A DNA stretch of 64,000 bases from NCBI GenBank assembly GCA_044341025.1, contig JBIISM010000006.1, forward strand, positions 7,581 through 71,580, in the 5' to 3' direction. Shown here piece after piece: positions 1 to 11,535 of the stretch; the stretch's first letter is position 1, and each line of letters begins with the position of its first letter. Source of the stretch: Bacteroidia bacterium. Its GTDB lineage: Bacteria; Bacteroidota; Bacteroidia; NS11-12g; UBA955. The notes beneath the pieces are model-generated. The model made no database searches, was not told the DNA's origin, and saw only the letters and a list, made by a program, of their open reading frames with translations. Made by a program: the position numbers and the translations under genes.

Positions 1-1117
1 GGGTTTTCTTTAGCACATCCATCCATTGCTTTTTTGTTCCTAAAAAATCATAACAAAGCAAATTTCCATAGGTAGCAAAACTTTCATTCAACCATATATC
101 CTTCCAGGTACCGCAGGTAATTTTATCGCCAAACCATTGATGTGCCAACTCGTGGGCAATGAGGTCGTAATTAAAATTCACCATAAAACTCATGGTTTGA
201 TGCTCCATGCCGCCTCCCCATGAAAACTGGGCGTGGCCGTATTGCTCTTTATGAAAAGGATAGGTGCCAAACAAACTGTCAAATAAGTGCATCATCTTTA
301 TGGTTTCGAATGTTTGAACCTTAACTTCATTCAGTTTGTTATGCGGGAATACATAATTTACGATATCCAAATCCTTTTGGGTTGAGCTTAAAAAAGCCTT
401 TTGGGTATAGGTATTGTATTTTGAAAAAGAAACCGCCACCAAATAATTCGCAATGGGGTAACGGTGCTTGAAACTAAATGTCCGTTTGCCACCTTCATTT
501 AAAACATTTTGCAAAACCCCGTTGGAAACAGCGGCATAAGGTGTATCAACCGTAAGCTGTACATCCAAAGAATCTATTTTATCTTTTAAATTATCGCGGC
601 AAGGCCACCAATAAGGTGCGCCATAAGGCTGAGACAGAGTAGAAATATTTGGTCCAGATGCATTAACCGAACGCGAATATGCACGGGTACCCATATTGGG
701 AGTTCCGTGGTAAAACAGCCATACTGAATCCAAAGTATTTTGAGGCAAGACATTGGGCAAACTGATATTAACAATATGGTTGGTTCCGTGAAGAAAGCCA
801 ATTTTTGCACCATGGTAAACAACACTGTCAACGCTCAATTCTTTGCGCAAATCAAATGACAAAGCATTTAAGTTGGTCAAAACTTTAAAGGTAAATCCAA
901 CAGATGCAGAGACAATAGCTCCAGTATTCATGTTAGGCTCTAGTGCAAGTTTTGCATAAACAAGATCAATATTTTCATCTACAGTTCGTTTTTGAGCAAA
1001 CTGATTTAAAACATTGTAGCGGTATAATTCAGACTTAGCCATACTCTCTTGAATGGGCTGCGAAAAGCTTTTAAAACTAAGACACAGAAAAAACAATATC
1101 GTGGTGAATCTGAACAT
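1..1117 (-). CDS. M1-family zinc metallopeptidase (aminopeptidase N-like), secreted. The C-terminus runs off the window edge (gene 3' end beyond position 1).
   Basis: The minus-strand frame from ATG at 1117 opens with signal peptide [20 protein letters not shown]. Around 120-180 it reads MEHQTMSF...[15 protein letters not shown], which is the GxMEN plus HEXXH gluzincin signature of the M1 family. There is no stop before the window edge. It is absent from the ORF track because that track lists only complete ORFs. Confidence 0.8.
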   Translation of the reverse strand, partial: MFRFTTILFFLCLSFKSFSQPIQESMAKSELYRYNVLNQFAQKRTVDENIDLVYAKLALEPNMNTGAIVSASVGFTFKVLTNLNALSFDLRKELSVDSVVYHGAKIGFLHGTNHIVNISLPNVLPQNTLDSVWLFYHGTPNMGTRAYSRSVNASGPNISTLSQPYGAPYWWPCRDNLKDKIDSLDVQLTVDTPYAAVSNGVLQNVLNEGGKRTFSFKHRYPIANYLVAVSFSKYNTYTQKAFLSSTQKDLDIVNYVFPHNKLNEVKVQTFETIKMMHLFDSLFGTYPFHKEQYGHAQFSWGGGMEHQTMSFMVNFNYDLIAHELAHQWFGDKITCGTWKDIWLNESFATYGNLLCYDFLGTKKQWMDVLKKT

Positions 1118-1191
1118 GAATTTATCAATAAACAAAAATAAACAAAAAAAAGCAGTTTTAAAACTGATAAAAGTCGGACTTTTGCAGTGAA

Positions 1192-2376
1192 ATGAATACG
1201 TATCCAATTCTCAAATTAAAACCAGGCAAAGAAAAATCATTGCAAAGAAGACACCCTTGGGTGTTCAGCGGCGCATTGATGCAAGAGATAAAAAAAACAC
1301 CAGAAGGCACTTTGGTGAATGTTTGCGATATCAATGGAAGCTACCTAGCGACAGGCTATGCGCAACATGGCAGTATCGCGGTGAGAATTTTGTCATTTGA
1401 TGAAGAAACCATAGACCAAAAATTTTGGGAAAAGAAAATAAAAGAAAGCTACGAAATTAGAATTAAGCTTGGCATAGCAGGAAGCAAAGAAACCAATTGC
1501 TTCCGATTAATGCACGGCGAAGGCGATGGAATTCCAGGACTAATTGTCGATGTGTACGCCAGCACGGCTGTTATTCAATGCCATAGCAGTGGAATATTTC
1601 AACACATTGAAGCCATAGCAGAAGCGATAAAATCGCAAATGGGTAACGTTATTAATGCCATATTCAACAAAAGCTCTGAGACTTTACATGGTGCAGTTGT
1701 TGGTGCTGAAAATGGATTTTTATTTGGAGAACAAAACGAAGATGTTGTTTTAGAAAATGGACACCGATTTATGGTCGATTGGCAAACAGGCCAAAAGACA
1801 GGCTTTTTCCTCGACCAAAGAGACAACAGACAATTGTTGGGACATTATGCCAAAGATAAAACAGTATTAAACACTTTTTCATACACCGGAGGATTTAGCG
1901 TTTATGCCATGCAAGCTGGTGCCAAAGAGGTTGTATCGATTGACGTTTCGAAGAATGCCATTGATATGTTGAACCGCAATATGGCCGTAAACAATGAAAC
2001 CGCAAGCAATTATGAAAGCCATGCGGAAGACACCTTTAACTTCTTTAAAAAAGACGAAAGAGAATACGACATAGTGGTGCTTGATCCACCTGCATTTGCG
2101 AAAAACATAGGGTCTAGACACAATGCCCTCATGGGATACAAACGCTTGAATATTGAAGGTCTTAAGAAAGTTAAAAAAGGTGGTTTGTTGTTTACCTTTA
2201 GTTGCTCTCAGGTTGTAGACAGCCATACGTTTAACCAAACCATATTTTCAGCTGCCATAGAGAGTGGACGTAAGATCCGCATCATACACCGTTTGAGCCA
2301 AGGTGCCGACCACCCGGTAAACATTTACCATCCAGAAGGCGAATACTTAAAGGGTTTGGTTTTGTGGGTTGAATAA
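1192..2376 (+). CDS. rlmI: 23S rRNA m5C methyltransferase RlmI-like (PUA + class I SAM-dependent methyltransferase)
   Basis: The N-terminus [20 protein letters not shown] matches the E. coli RlmI start ([19 protein letters not shown]). The central DPPAFAK motif and the 394-aa length fit the family. Confidence 0.75.
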   Translation: MNTYPILKLKPGKEKSLQRRHPWVFSGALMQEIKKTPEGTLVNVCDINGSYLATGYAQHGSIAVRILSFDEETIDQKFWEKKIKESYEIRIKLGIAGSKETNCFRLMHGEGDGIPGLIVDVYASTAVIQCHSSGIFQHIEAIAEAIKSQMGNVINAIFNKSSETLHGAVVGAENGFLFGEQNEDVVLENGHRFMVDWQTGQKTGFFLDQRDNRQLLGHYAKDKTVLNTFSYTGGFSVYAMQAGAKEVVSIDVSKNAIDMLNRNMAVNNETASNYESHAEDTFNFFKKDEREYDIVVLDPPAFAKNIGSRHNALMGYKRLNIEGLKKVKKGGLLFTFSCSQVVDSHTFNQTIFSAAIESGRKIRIIHRLSQGADHPVNIYHPEGEYLKGLVLWVE

Positions 2377-2417
2377 TTTGAAAGCAACGTTTTTTATTTT
2401 TTAGGGTCTTAATAAAA

Positions 2418-5108
2418 ATGAAAGGACTAAAACATTTTCTATTATCATTAACTTTTGGATTAGTCGCACATTCAAATGCACAAACCATCGCAGGCGGTGA
2501 AATTTACTATGAGTTAATTTCTTCCAAGAAATACCTTGTAACCGCTAACGTTTACAGACCATGCAACAGCAATCCACTAAACAGTCTAAGCGGTTTTGTC
2601 ATTGCGGACACCTTTAAAATTCCTATAAATTTCAAGCGCACCCTAATACAAAAAATAAATGATACCTGCGGCAATCCTTGCAATATTCAAAACACAAAAT
2701 CGAATGCAGGGTTCGAACGCCACACCTTTATCGATACCGTCGATTTGAACAGTTCGCCTTACGATTCTATTTATAAAGCAGGCTTGTGTTCGGTGAAGTT
2801 TGCCATACACCAAATAGGTAGAGATACTTTGTCCACCACCATTCAAAAAACAAATTTGTTTTATCTGGATGCCGAAGTAAATACCTGTTTGAATTACACA
2901 CAAATCCACTCCCCTGTTTTTAGTTTTGACCCTAAATTCAACTTGGTTTGTAATCAAGCCATGACCTATTGCCCTGGCCCTACTGACACCTTGGATTTTG
3001 ACTCCATGTCGTTTTCTATGGATGCGCCTTTGATAGACTGGGACCAAACCGTAAACTATACTGGTAGCTACAACCAAAATATACCAATGACGCCCTATTG
3101 TCCCCCTGCTCCTGGAGTTATTAATTGTAAGGCTTTGCCAAATGCAAAACCACCAAGGGGTTTTTATTTTGATGCAGAAGTTTGTGAAATAGCACTAACA
3201 CCCACTAAATGCGATGAAATCGCACCCGTGAAAATTAGAATTACAGAATGGCGGAAAAGCAATAACACTTGGGTGAAAATTGGCTATGTGACGCGGGAAA
3301 TGAATGTTTCTGTAAAACAATACACCAACAACCCATCCATCATATTTTCCAACAGCAAATACAGCATTTGCAAAAACAATTCGATTTGTTTTAATATCCA
3401 AAGTTACGACTATCCTTATGGCTCGCAAACTGTTGGAGACACAAGCCAAATGCTTTGGAACTATGGCATAGCTAGTGCAACTTGCAAAATTGTAGACCCT
3501 ACTGCTAGAGAAAAGCAAATGCAATTTTGTTGGACACCTAAAAAAGCAGGAAAACAAGTCTTTGCCGTGATGGCCTATGACAAACTATGCAACATCAACT
3601 CTAATTCGAAAGGATTTTCTGTGAATGTAAAACCAATAGCTGAAAACAAAAGAAGATTTCAGTACAGCAACTGCAGCACCTTGGAAATGGAGTCATTCCC
3701 TACCGATACGGTCAACCATTTGCTAAGCAATTACAGTTATTCATTTACAATATTCCCTGCTGATACATTAAGTAAGGTATTGTTTACTTCTACACTTAAA
3801 AAGGCATTGTTCAAAATCCCCTATACAGGTTATTTTGCCATCAAGCACACCCTTAACAACAATGGAGTCAATTGTCCTTTGACGTATTGGGATACTTTGT
3901 ATTTGGTTAAAAACAAAATCAATACGCCTAAAAAACAATTGGCTTGCCTCAACGACATTATCTATTTGGATGCATTTTACCAAACCATGAATGCAGTAAA
4001 GTACCAATGGGAATATCCATTTGGGACCAAAAAACCTACAGATACAGCAAGCACCTATGTTGCTTCTCTTGACAAAAAGCAGATGAAGATTGCATTGTTC
4101 ATCACAGATAAAAACACCTGTACCTTTCGAGATACTTTTGAAATCAATGCCCGCGGCGCTTTTGACCTTAACCGTAAAAGTGGAAATTTGTGCAACACCC
4201 TCACCTATAATTTTTCTGCACTAAACATCAAAGGTTCTAGCCCATTTATTTACGATTGGTACCTCAACAACAAACGGTTAAACACAGCAGATTCATTTAT
4301 CAATCAAAACTTCAAACAAAACACAAAACTGGTTCTAAAAATATCAGATTCTACTTATTGTAGTTTTTCCGATACCTTGACTTTAACACCTATAGCGCCA
4401 CCGACCTTCACATTGGAGAATGATTCAAGCTGTTTGAATACCATAATTAAAATCAGTCCAAAAGTAGACCCTTATCCAGAAAAACTAATTTATGATTGGA
4501 CTTTAGATGCTGGTTTGTTAAGCAAACATGATACGAGTTTAATTTTCACTGTTACCAAAACCCATACATTAAATTTAAACTTGAGAAATGCCATCGGATG
4601 CAATGCCCAAAAAACAATTCAAATATATGCCAATCCATTGCCAACCTTTAATATTCTTGGGAACACGAGCTACAACCGATATGCGCTTGTGCAATTAAAT
4701 TTGGACAAAGTACTTGCAAGCTATTTTTGGTCAAATGGGACCACTAATCAAGACAATGTTTTTTGGGCTTCTAGTCTCGGAGGTCCCGGTAGTTATACCA
4801 TTTGGTGTAAGGCAAAAGACTATAATGGATGCGAAAACATTCAATTTAAACAAATTAGAACCGATCAATTCACAGAGGTCTTTGAAAACAATCTGCTACA
4901 ATGTCAACTGTATCCGAATCCGAGTAGAAACAGTATTATCATTAATAGCAATTTAGATTCTGAATATCAAATCCAAACCCTTGATGGCAAAACCATACAG
5001 GAAGGCTTATTAAACATGGGCACACAAAGCATAGACATCCATTCTTTATCCCCCGGAATTTACATTTTTCAAATTGGCCTAAATAGGATTAAATTTGTCA
5101 AGGAGTAA
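2418..5108 (+). CDS. Large secreted Cys-rich protein of unknown function with a T9SS type A C-terminal sorting domain
   Basis: The N-terminus carries signal peptide MKGLKHFLLSLTFGLVAHSNAQ. The C-terminal ~80 aa (LYPNPSRNSIIINS...GIYIFQIG...IKFVKE) match the Por secretion C-terminal sorting domain (TIGR04183-like). The N-terminal IAGGEIYYEL...YRPC motif is typical of Flavobacteria/Cytophaga surface proteins. Confidence 0.7.
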   Translation: MKGLKHFLLSLTFGLVAHSNAQTIAGGEIYYELISSKKYLVTANVYRPCNSNPLNSLSGFVIADTFKIPINFKRTLIQKINDTCGNPCNIQNTKSNAGFERHTFIDTVDLNSSPYDSIYKAGLCSVKFAIHQIGRDTLSTTIQKTNLFYLDAEVNTCLNYTQIHSPVFSFDPKFNLVCNQAMTYCPGPTDTLDFDSMSFSMDAPLIDWDQTVNYTGSYNQNIPMTPYCPPAPGVINCKALPNAKPPRGFYFDAEVCEIALTPTKCDEIAPVKIRITEWRKSNNTWVKIGYVTREMNVSVKQYTNNPSIIFSNSKYSICKNNSICFNIQSYDYPYGSQTVGDTSQMLWNYGIASATCKIVDPTAREKQMQFCWTPKKAGKQVFAVMAYDKLCNINSNSKGFSVNVKPIAENKRRFQYSNCSTLEMESFPTDTVNHLLSNYSYSFTIFPADTLSKVLFTSTLKKALFKIPYTGYFAIKHTLNNNGVNCPLTYWDTLYLVKNKINTPKKQLACLNDIIYLDAFYQTMNAVKYQWEYPFGTKKPTDTASTYVASLDKKQMKIALFITDKNTCTFRDTFEINARGAFDLNRKSGNLCNTLTYNFSALNIKGSSPFIYDWYLNNKRLNTADSFINQNFKQNTKLVLKISDSTYCSFSDTLTLTPIAPPTFTLENDSSCLNTIIKISPKVDPYPEKLIYDWTLDAGLLSKHDTSLIFTVTKTHTLNLNLRNAIGCNAQKTIQIYANPLPTFNILGNTSYNRYALVQLNLDKVLASYFWSNGTTNQDNVFWASSLGGPGSYTIWCKAKDYNGCENIQFKQIRTDQFTEVFENNLLQCQLYPNPSRNSIIINSNLDSEYQIQTLDGKTIQEGLLNMGTQSIDIHSLSPGIYIFQIGLNRIKFVKE

Positions 5109-5248
5109 AACAGTTTTAAGAAATCATTTTATTAGTTGAACCCATACAGAAAATTGAACTAGTTGCCAAAGAATAGCCAAACATTTGCTTAAAAATTGTT
5201 GAAACTTCAACTTCTTTTAGCTATTTGAAATGCCTATTTTTGCAACAA

Positions 5249-7459
5249 ATGGAAGCAACCCTGGAACAAGCCCAACAACTTGGCCTTTTGCCTGAAGAAT
5301 TTGACAAAATCAAATCGATACTCGGCCGCACCCCTAATTTCACCGAATTGAGTATTTACTCAGTGATGTGGAGCGAACACTGTTCATACAAAAACTCTAT
5401 TACCTGGTTAAAAACCTTACCTAAAGAGGGTCCTGCTATGCTAGCAAAAGCGGGTGAAGAAAACGCAGGTTTGGTAGACATTGGCGACGGCTTGGCTTGT
5501 TGCTTCAAAATTGAATCACACAACCACCCATCTGCAATTGAACCTTACCAAGGTGCTGCAACTGGTGTTGGTGGAATTAACCGCGATATTTTCTCAATGG
5601 GCGCAAGACCCATTGCCCAATTAAATTCTTTGCGTTTTGGAAACATAGACACCGCTAGAACCAAATGGTTGGTAAAAGGTGTAACCAAAGGTATTGGCGA
5701 TTATGGCAATGCATTCGGTATTCCTACCGTTGGAGGTGAAGTATACTTCGACGATTGTTACGAAACCAATATTCTAGTAAATGCTATGAGTGTTGGCATC
5801 GCTAAAGTTGGAACCACCATCTCTGCAATTTCAGAAGGCATTGGCAATCCTGTTTACATCTTCGGTGCCGCTACTGGCAAAGACGGTATCCACGGTGCTG
5901 CATTCGCAAGTAAAGACATTTCTGAAGACAGTGTAAACGATTTGCCTAGTGTTCAAGTTGGTGACCCTTTTTGGGAAAAACTAATTCTTGAAGCGAGTAT
6001 GGAATTAATCGATACTGGATCTATTATTGGTATGCAAGACATGGGAGCAGCAGGTATTACTTGCAGTACCAGTGAAATGGCTGCCAAAAGCAAAACCGGC
6101 ATGAAAGTACATTTGGACAAAGTGCCTATGCGTCAAGAGAACATGAAAGGTTGGGAAATCCTTCTTTCTGAAAGTCAAGAACGCATGTTGGTGATTTTGA
6201 AAAAAGGCACTGAAAAAGAAGCCGAAGCCATTTTCAAAAAATGGGAATTAACCTATGCTCAAATCGGCGAGGTAACTGAAGGCGACCGCGTTCAATACTA
6301 TATGAATGGCGAATTGGAAGCCGATATCCCTGCCGAAAGCTTGGTGCTTGGTGGAGGCGCTCCAATCTACAAACGCGAGTGGACCGTACCAACCTATTTC
6401 GAAAAAATAAAAGCCTATAAATTCGATGCCATTGAGCAGCCGAGTGATTTAAAAGCAGTGGCTGAATTCTTATTGTGCGAACCAAATATTGCATCAAAAA
6501 ATTGGGTATTTACCCAATACGACAGCATGGTTGGAACCGTTAACCAAAGCACCAACAAAGCAAGTGATGCTGCAGTTGTTAAAGTAAGAGGCAGCAACAA
6601 ATCATTGGCATTAACCGTAGATTGCAACAGCCGTTATGTGTATGCAGATCCTGAAACAGGATGTGCCATTGCAGTGGCTGAAGCCGCTAGAAACATTGTT
6701 TGTACAGGAGGTGTCCCAGGTGCTGTAACCAATTGTTTAAACTTTGGCAACCCTTACGACACAGAAGTTTACTACCAATTCAAACACAGTATTGATGGTA
6801 TGGGAAAAGCTTGTTTAAAATTCGGAACCCCAGTTACTGGTGGTAACGTCAGTTTTTACAACCAAAGCACTGAAGGTGTTGCTGTATTCCCTACCCCAAC
6901 CATTGGTATGGTGGGAATTATAGAAAAACCAGAACACCATATGGGTTCTGCATTTCAAGCTGAAGGTGATTTCATCTTCTTAATTGGAAAATCACAAAAC
7001 GACATCAGCAGCAGCCAATATTTAGCAAAATACCACAAGGTAAATTTCTCACCAGCTCCTTATTTCAATTTGGATGAAGAGAAACAAATGCAAGACGCTT
7101 TGTACGCCGCAATTTGCAGTGGCAAGGTACATTCTGCACACGATGTGAGTGAAGGTGGCTTATTTGTTACCTTGGCTGAATCAGCGATGCAAGGAAAAAC
7201 TGGATTTGACATTTGCACCGATGCCCACATCAGAAAAGATGCTTTTTTATTCGGAGAAGCGCAAGGCAGAGCGGTTATCAGCATTAGTCCTTCAAACAAA
7301 GAAAGCATTGAGAAGCACTTTGCAGACATGGGTGTCGAATGCTTGCACATTGGTTCTGTAAAAGGAAACAGCATGGTCATCGATTCAGAAGATTTCGGAT
7401 CTACCGCAGACATCAAAAACCTTTACCACAATGCATTGGCATTGCGCTTAGGGGCTTAA
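5249..7459 (+). CDS. purL: Phosphoribosylformylglycinamidine synthase subunit PurL (small-type FGAM synthase II)
   Basis: The sequence reads [38 protein letters not shown] and continues with the AIR-synthase-like repeats. The ORF track opens at a TTG at 5225. ATG 5249 ([13 protein letters not shown]) is the more likely start. Confidence 0.9.
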   Translation: [736 protein letters not shown]

Positions 7460-7509
7460 TCAATAAAACATTTTTGAAGCAAGACTTGTGTGTATGCGCA
7501 GGTCTTTCT

Positions 7510-8283
7510 TTATTTAAGCGCTTTCGCTTCCACCCACCACTCATCCATTTGACGCAATCCCAACGATTTTAAATCCAAGTTCTTTGCTTCTGCTTTGGCT
7601 TCTATATATTCGAAACGTTTCTTAAACTTCTGGTTGGTTTTTTCCAAGGCATCGTCAGGGTTTATGTTTTCAAAACGGGCGTAATTAATCAAAGAGAACA
7701 ACAAATCGCCAAACTCTTCCTCACGGTCTTTGGCATTGCTAGCGGTTTTAAATTCATTTAACTCCTCCTCTACCTTTTCCCATACCTGATTTTTGTTTTC
7801 CCAATCAAATCCAACTTGTGCAGCCTTGTCTTGCATGCGCAAAGCTTTCACCAAAGACGGCATTGAATTGGGCACCCCACTTAAGACTGACTTTTTAGCA
7901 TTTCCCTTTTCTTTGAGTTTGATCTGTTCCCAATTTTGCTTAACGACATCTGAATTTTCCGCTTGAACATCTCCGTATATGTGAGGGTGACGACGGATCA
8001 ATTTTTCACACAATTGATTGATGACCGATTCAATATCATAAAGCCCAGTTTCAGAACCAATTTTGGCATAAAAAACAATATGCAAAAGAATATCCCCCAA
8101 CTCTTTTTTTACCTCTTCGTGGTCGCCTTTTAAAATGGCATCACTCAACTCATACGTTTCTTCGATTGTAAGGTGGCGAATAGACTCGGTGGTTTGTTCT
8201 TTGTCCCAAGGGCACTTAGCTCTTAACTCATCCATGATATCCAAAAGCCTTTTAAAAGCATCCAATCTGCTGTTGTTTTGCAT
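7510..8283 (-). CDS. mazG: Nucleoside triphosphate pyrophosphohydrolase MazG
   Basis: The N-terminus LRAKCPWDKEQTTESIRHLTIEETYELSDAI and the duplicated MazG EEXXE motifs fit. Length is 257 aa. Confidence 0.85.
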   Translation of the reverse strand: MQNNSRLDAFKRLLDIMDELRAKCPWDKEQTTESIRHLTIEETYELSDAILKGDHEEVKKELGDILLHIVFYAKIGSETGLYDIESVINQLCEKLIRRHPHIYGDVQAENSDVVKQNWEQIKLKEKGNAKKSVLSGVPNSMPSLVKALRMQDKAAQVGFDWENKNQVWEKVEEELNEFKTASNAKDREEEFGDLLFSLINYARFENINPDDALEKTNQKFKKRFEYIEAKAEAKNLDLKSLGLRQMDEWWVEAKALK

Positions 8284-8444
8284 GGTGCAAATCTACGAAA
8301 ACTTGTTTAGCATTTGCTTAGAAAATCGATGATCAAAGCAATTGAATGGCTATCAACAATTAAAGGATAACTTTTTGTGCCGTCTGCCTGGTAAAATTTG
8401 TAATTTCGTAACAATTTCGGAACCAAAATGCCGTTAACCCAAAA

Positions 8445-9728
8445 ATGAAACGTTTACTATTTGTACTGACATATATTTTAAGCATTGGCTTAACCCAAGC
8501 TGAATCAAACGATTCGAGCTATTTGAAAGATCCCTATTTCGTTAAATTATTAAAGACCAATTCAAAGGTTCCAATATTCTATAACGACCAGGTAAAACGT
8601 CAAATAGCAAACTATATCAGAAACCTGAACAACAGCACTGCAATTTTAATTGGAAAGACTCAATACTACAACCAACTCTACAATTCTAATTTTGAAACTT
8701 CGGGCATACCGAAACAATTGTTTTTGAGTACAGCAGCTTACAGCAATTCTGACCCTCTATATATAGACCAAGACGGAGGTAGCGGCATGTGGGCATTAAA
8801 TTATGCCATTGCAAAAAAATACAATTTAAGCACCAGCAGTTACGTTGATGAGCGCAGAAATCCGGCAAAAAGCTGTGAAGTCGCTGCCAATTATTTCAAA
8901 GACTTAAATTTAATTTACCAAGATTGGTTAAAAACCTTGGTAGCCTTCAGAACCGGCCCCATCAACATGAATATGGCCATTCATAAAGCCAACAGCAGTT
9001 TAGATTACGCCAAAATACACAATCAACTTTCACTTGAACATCAAAACGCAGCGGTAAATTATATTGCATTTTGGTATATCTGGAATTTTTACACCGACCA
9101 CAAAATCATTCCTGTTCGCTACAAATTACCTGATACCGATACCGTTCATGTTGAAAGAGAAATTGGCTTGAACGCCATTGCCTACAACTTAAATTTATCT
9201 GAAGATGTTTTGAGGTTAAGCAATTCAGAACTTCGATTAGACATTGTTCCTGTCTCATACAACAAAAAGGGTTTAAAACTGCCCAAAGACAAGGTATTAG
9301 AATACCATAGCAAATTGAGCATACTCTTCCCAGCACCTGTTAAAAATATAGATACGACCTTAAGCGATTCTTTGATTATGGACAACAACGCCATGGTTAT
9401 AAAACCAATGCTTCCGAGAGATTCTATCAATGCTGAGAACAATGAAGAGGTAGACAATGGAGAAGATTCTCCAAAACCAAAAGCTGCAAGTGAAAGCAAA
9501 ACAGTAACCATTACCTATGTGGTAAAAAAAGGGGATGGCTTGTTGTTAATAGCCGATTTATTTGATTGTAGAGTTAGTGATATCCGTAAGTGGAATGGCA
9601 TGAAAAAAGACAATATTTTCAAAGGTCAAAAACTAAAAATAAAAGTGCCTAAAAACAAAGCTGCGGTTTACAAAAAGATAAATACCATGACCACAGCCCA
9701 GAAAAAGAAGTTGGCAAAGAGAAGTTAA
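8445..9728 (+). CDS. Lytic transglycosylase (SLT domain) with C-terminal LysM domain, MltD-like
   Basis: Carries a signal peptide. The segment DGGSGMWALNYAIAKKYNL...ERRNPAKSCEVAANYFKDL resembles the SLT catalytic core. The C-terminal YVVKKGDGLLLIADLFDCRVSDIRKWNGM is a LysM repeat. Confidence 0.6.
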   Translation: MKRLLFVLTYILSIGLTQAESNDSSYLKDPYFVKLLKTNSKVPIFYNDQVKRQIANYIRNLNNSTAILIGKTQYYNQLYNSNFETSGIPKQLFLSTAAYSNSDPLYIDQDGGSGMWALNYAIAKKYNLSTSSYVDERRNPAKSCEVAANYFKDLNLIYQDWLKTLVAFRTGPINMNMAIHKANSSLDYAKIHNQLSLEHQNAAVNYIAFWYIWNFYTDHKIIPVRYKLPDTDTVHVEREIGLNAIAYNLNLSEDVLRLSNSELRLDIVPVSYNKKGLKLPKDKVLEYHSKLSILFPAPVKNIDTTLSDSLIMDNNAMVIKPMLPRDSINAENNEEVDNGEDSPKPKAASESKTVTITYVVKKGDGLLLIADLFDCRVSDIRKWNGMKKDNIFKGQKLKIKVPKNKAAVYKKINTMTTAQKKKLAKRS

Positions 9729-9816
9729 TTTAATCATTCCAAAGGCAAGAACAACACAAATTAATTCACCTTGCTTTTGCCTAATTTTTCCTTAATATTG
9801 TTGGTGTAATTCTATT

Positions 9817-10428
9817 ATGGCTAAGCGGATTCTATATTATTCCTTTATTGTTTTAAGTTTGATAATGTTTTTCAGTGCTTGTCAAAACAAACAAGACAAG
9901 GCATTTGAAGATTATAAAAAGGAAATTAAAAAAAGCCGCCATGAAGGCGATATTTATATGCTTACCCAAGGCATCATTGAGCCGCAAGACACTGCTAATT
10001 ACAAAGGATTAAACTACTTCGATGTAGACAGCAACTTCCGAATCAAGGCACGCATTAAGGAATTACCTCCTTTACCTATAGAATTTAAAACCAATACAGA
10101 ACGCTCCCCATTATATTATGTCTTTTGTTTATTGGAATTTAATGTTGGAGATTCATTATGCACCTTAATTGCTTATTCTGAAAAAGATAAAGATGTGCGT
10201 CAATTGTTTGTCCCTTTTAAAGATGTCAGCGGCAATGCTGAAACCTATGGTGGAGGCCGTTATCTGGACATTGAATACAAGGGAGAAAAAGATTTTTTAA
10301 CCCTCGATTTTAATAAGGCATACAACCCATATTGCCACTACAACCACAGCTACAGCTGCCCGCTGGTTCCCGAGCAGAACAGATTAAAAGTCAGCATCAA
10401 AGCTGGAGAGAAAAAATTCCATGAATAA
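9817..10428 (+). CDS. DUF1684-like lipoprotein (uncharacterised)
   Basis: Carries a signal peptide and lipobox (FFSACQ). The C-terminal GGGRYLDIEY...NKAYNPYCHYNHSYSCPLVPEQNRL matches the conserved DUF1684 C-terminus, recalled from memory. Confidence 0.4.
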   Translation: MAKRILYYSFIVLSLIMFFSACQNKQDKAFEDYKKEIKKSRHEGDIYMLTQGIIEPQDTANYKGLNYFDVDSNFRIKARIKELPPLPIEFKTNTERSPLYYVFCLLEFNVGDSLCTLIAYSEKDKDVRQLFVPFKDVSGNAETYGGGRYLDIEYKGEKDFLTLDFNKAYNPYCHYNHSYSCPLVPEQNRLKVSIKAGEKKFHE

Positions 10429-10903
10429 ACGCATTGCATTATTTTGTTTAATTATAAGCTTAGGATTTACGCAAATTCAGGCTCAAGATAAATCGTCTTT
10501 AAACATCGATTTCAAAAACAAAAAAGACATTCAAATTGATAACTTTAAAAAGTTTAGTTTTCAAGACAAGAACAACAATACCCAATCAGGTAAAATTAAA
10601 ATTTTAAACGACAGTCAGTTTTGCTTTGTAAATTACTTTTTAGAACCGGTAGGTGAAACCTACCATATTAATGACATTCACAAGGTATTTATACAAGGTT
10701 CAAATGGAATGAAGTATAAAATCCCAGCGCTTGCGGCCATAGGCATTACATTATTTATACCTGGCGGAATTTATTTTCTAGTTATTCGTGAAGCTGTTAG
10801 GAAAATAAAACTTAGAAAAAATCGCCAAAATGCTTCATTAAATGGCTGGGTTGATAAGACGAATTTTGAAGCTAAAATTATTAGTTACTATCCTCAGACT
10901 TAA
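10421..10903 (+). CDS. Hypothetical secreted/membrane protein
   Basis: Has a signal peptide and one C-terminal TM segment (ALAAIGITLFIPGGIYFLVI). Its start overlaps the stop of the previous gene by 8 nt. No recognisable domain. Confidence 0.4.
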   Translation: MNKRIALFCLIISLGFTQIQAQDKSSLNIDFKNKKDIQIDNFKKFSFQDKNNNTQSGKIKILNDSQFCFVNYFLEPVGETYHINDIHKVFIQGSNGMKYKIPALAAIGITLFIPGGIYFLVIREAVRKIKLRKNRQNASLNGWVDKTNFEAKIISYYPQT

Positions 10904-11535
10904 TGTTTGGTTTTCTTAGGGAATTCTATATGTTCAAAGATGTCTTTAAGAGAATCATAGGTATCGAAATCCTTGGCTTTTATAAAATCCTTATCAACCC
11001 AAACGACTTCAGTAATGTCTTCTTCAACTTGTGGAACGACCGAATGATCTCCCCAGGCCACCATTCTGAACCAAGCCGTTTTCTTTAGTATCCATCGACC
11101 TTTTAGCCAATAAACGTGGTAGGTGTTTGATACTTTCCCAAGAATCCCCAAGAAATTAAGACCACATTCTTCGTGCACCTCGCGCAGGGCAGCAAGACGC
11201 AAGTCTTCTCCTTCTTCAAGTTTGCCTTTGGGCAAATCCCATTTACCCAAACGCTTTATGAGCAACAATTGCCCACGTTCATTGAACACAACACCTCCCG
11301 CGGCCTTAATGAGTTTAAATTGCTTCTTAATGGCTGCATAAAGAACATTCGGTTGCTCAGTTTTGAACAACAAACAACTTGGACCTTCGAATACGCCCGA
11401 GGTAAGTTGTTGAACCACTGTATTTAAATCAGACGCATTAAAAACAGCACAATCTTTCTTGTTTACAAATTGATTATTATTTGTAAAAACAATGGTGTGT
11501 GCGTTGATGAATATTTTATAGCTTTGCTGCGACAT
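10900..11535 (-). CDS. NUDIX hydrolase
   Basis: Nudix box GKWDLPKGKLEEGEDLRLAALREVHEECG. The ORF track extends to 11634, but the first ATG consistent with the neighbouring gene is at 11535 (MSQQSY...). Confidence 0.7.
   Translation of the reverse strand: MSQQSYKIFINAHTIVFTNNNQFVNKKDCAVFNASDLNTVVQQLTSGVFEGPSCLLFKTEQPNVLYAAIKKQFKLIKAAGGVVFNERGQLLLIKRLGKWDLPKGKLEEGEDLRLAALREVHEECGLNFLGILGKVSNTYHVYWLKGRWILKKTAWFRMVAWGDHSVVPQVEEDITEVVWVDKDFIKAKDFDTYDSLKDIFEHIEFPKKTKH

Noticed and set aside
360-400. Suspected homopolymer frameshift in the M1 peptidase gene
   Set aside because: On careful recount the A6/T6 run keeps the frame: ...[23 protein letters not shown]... is continuous. There is no frameshift.
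586-831. 81-aa minus-strand ORF in the ORF track
   Set aside because: It lies in a different reading frame inside the M1 peptidase gene, which reads through uninterrupted from 1117 to the window edge. Its low-complexity product has no similarity to anything.
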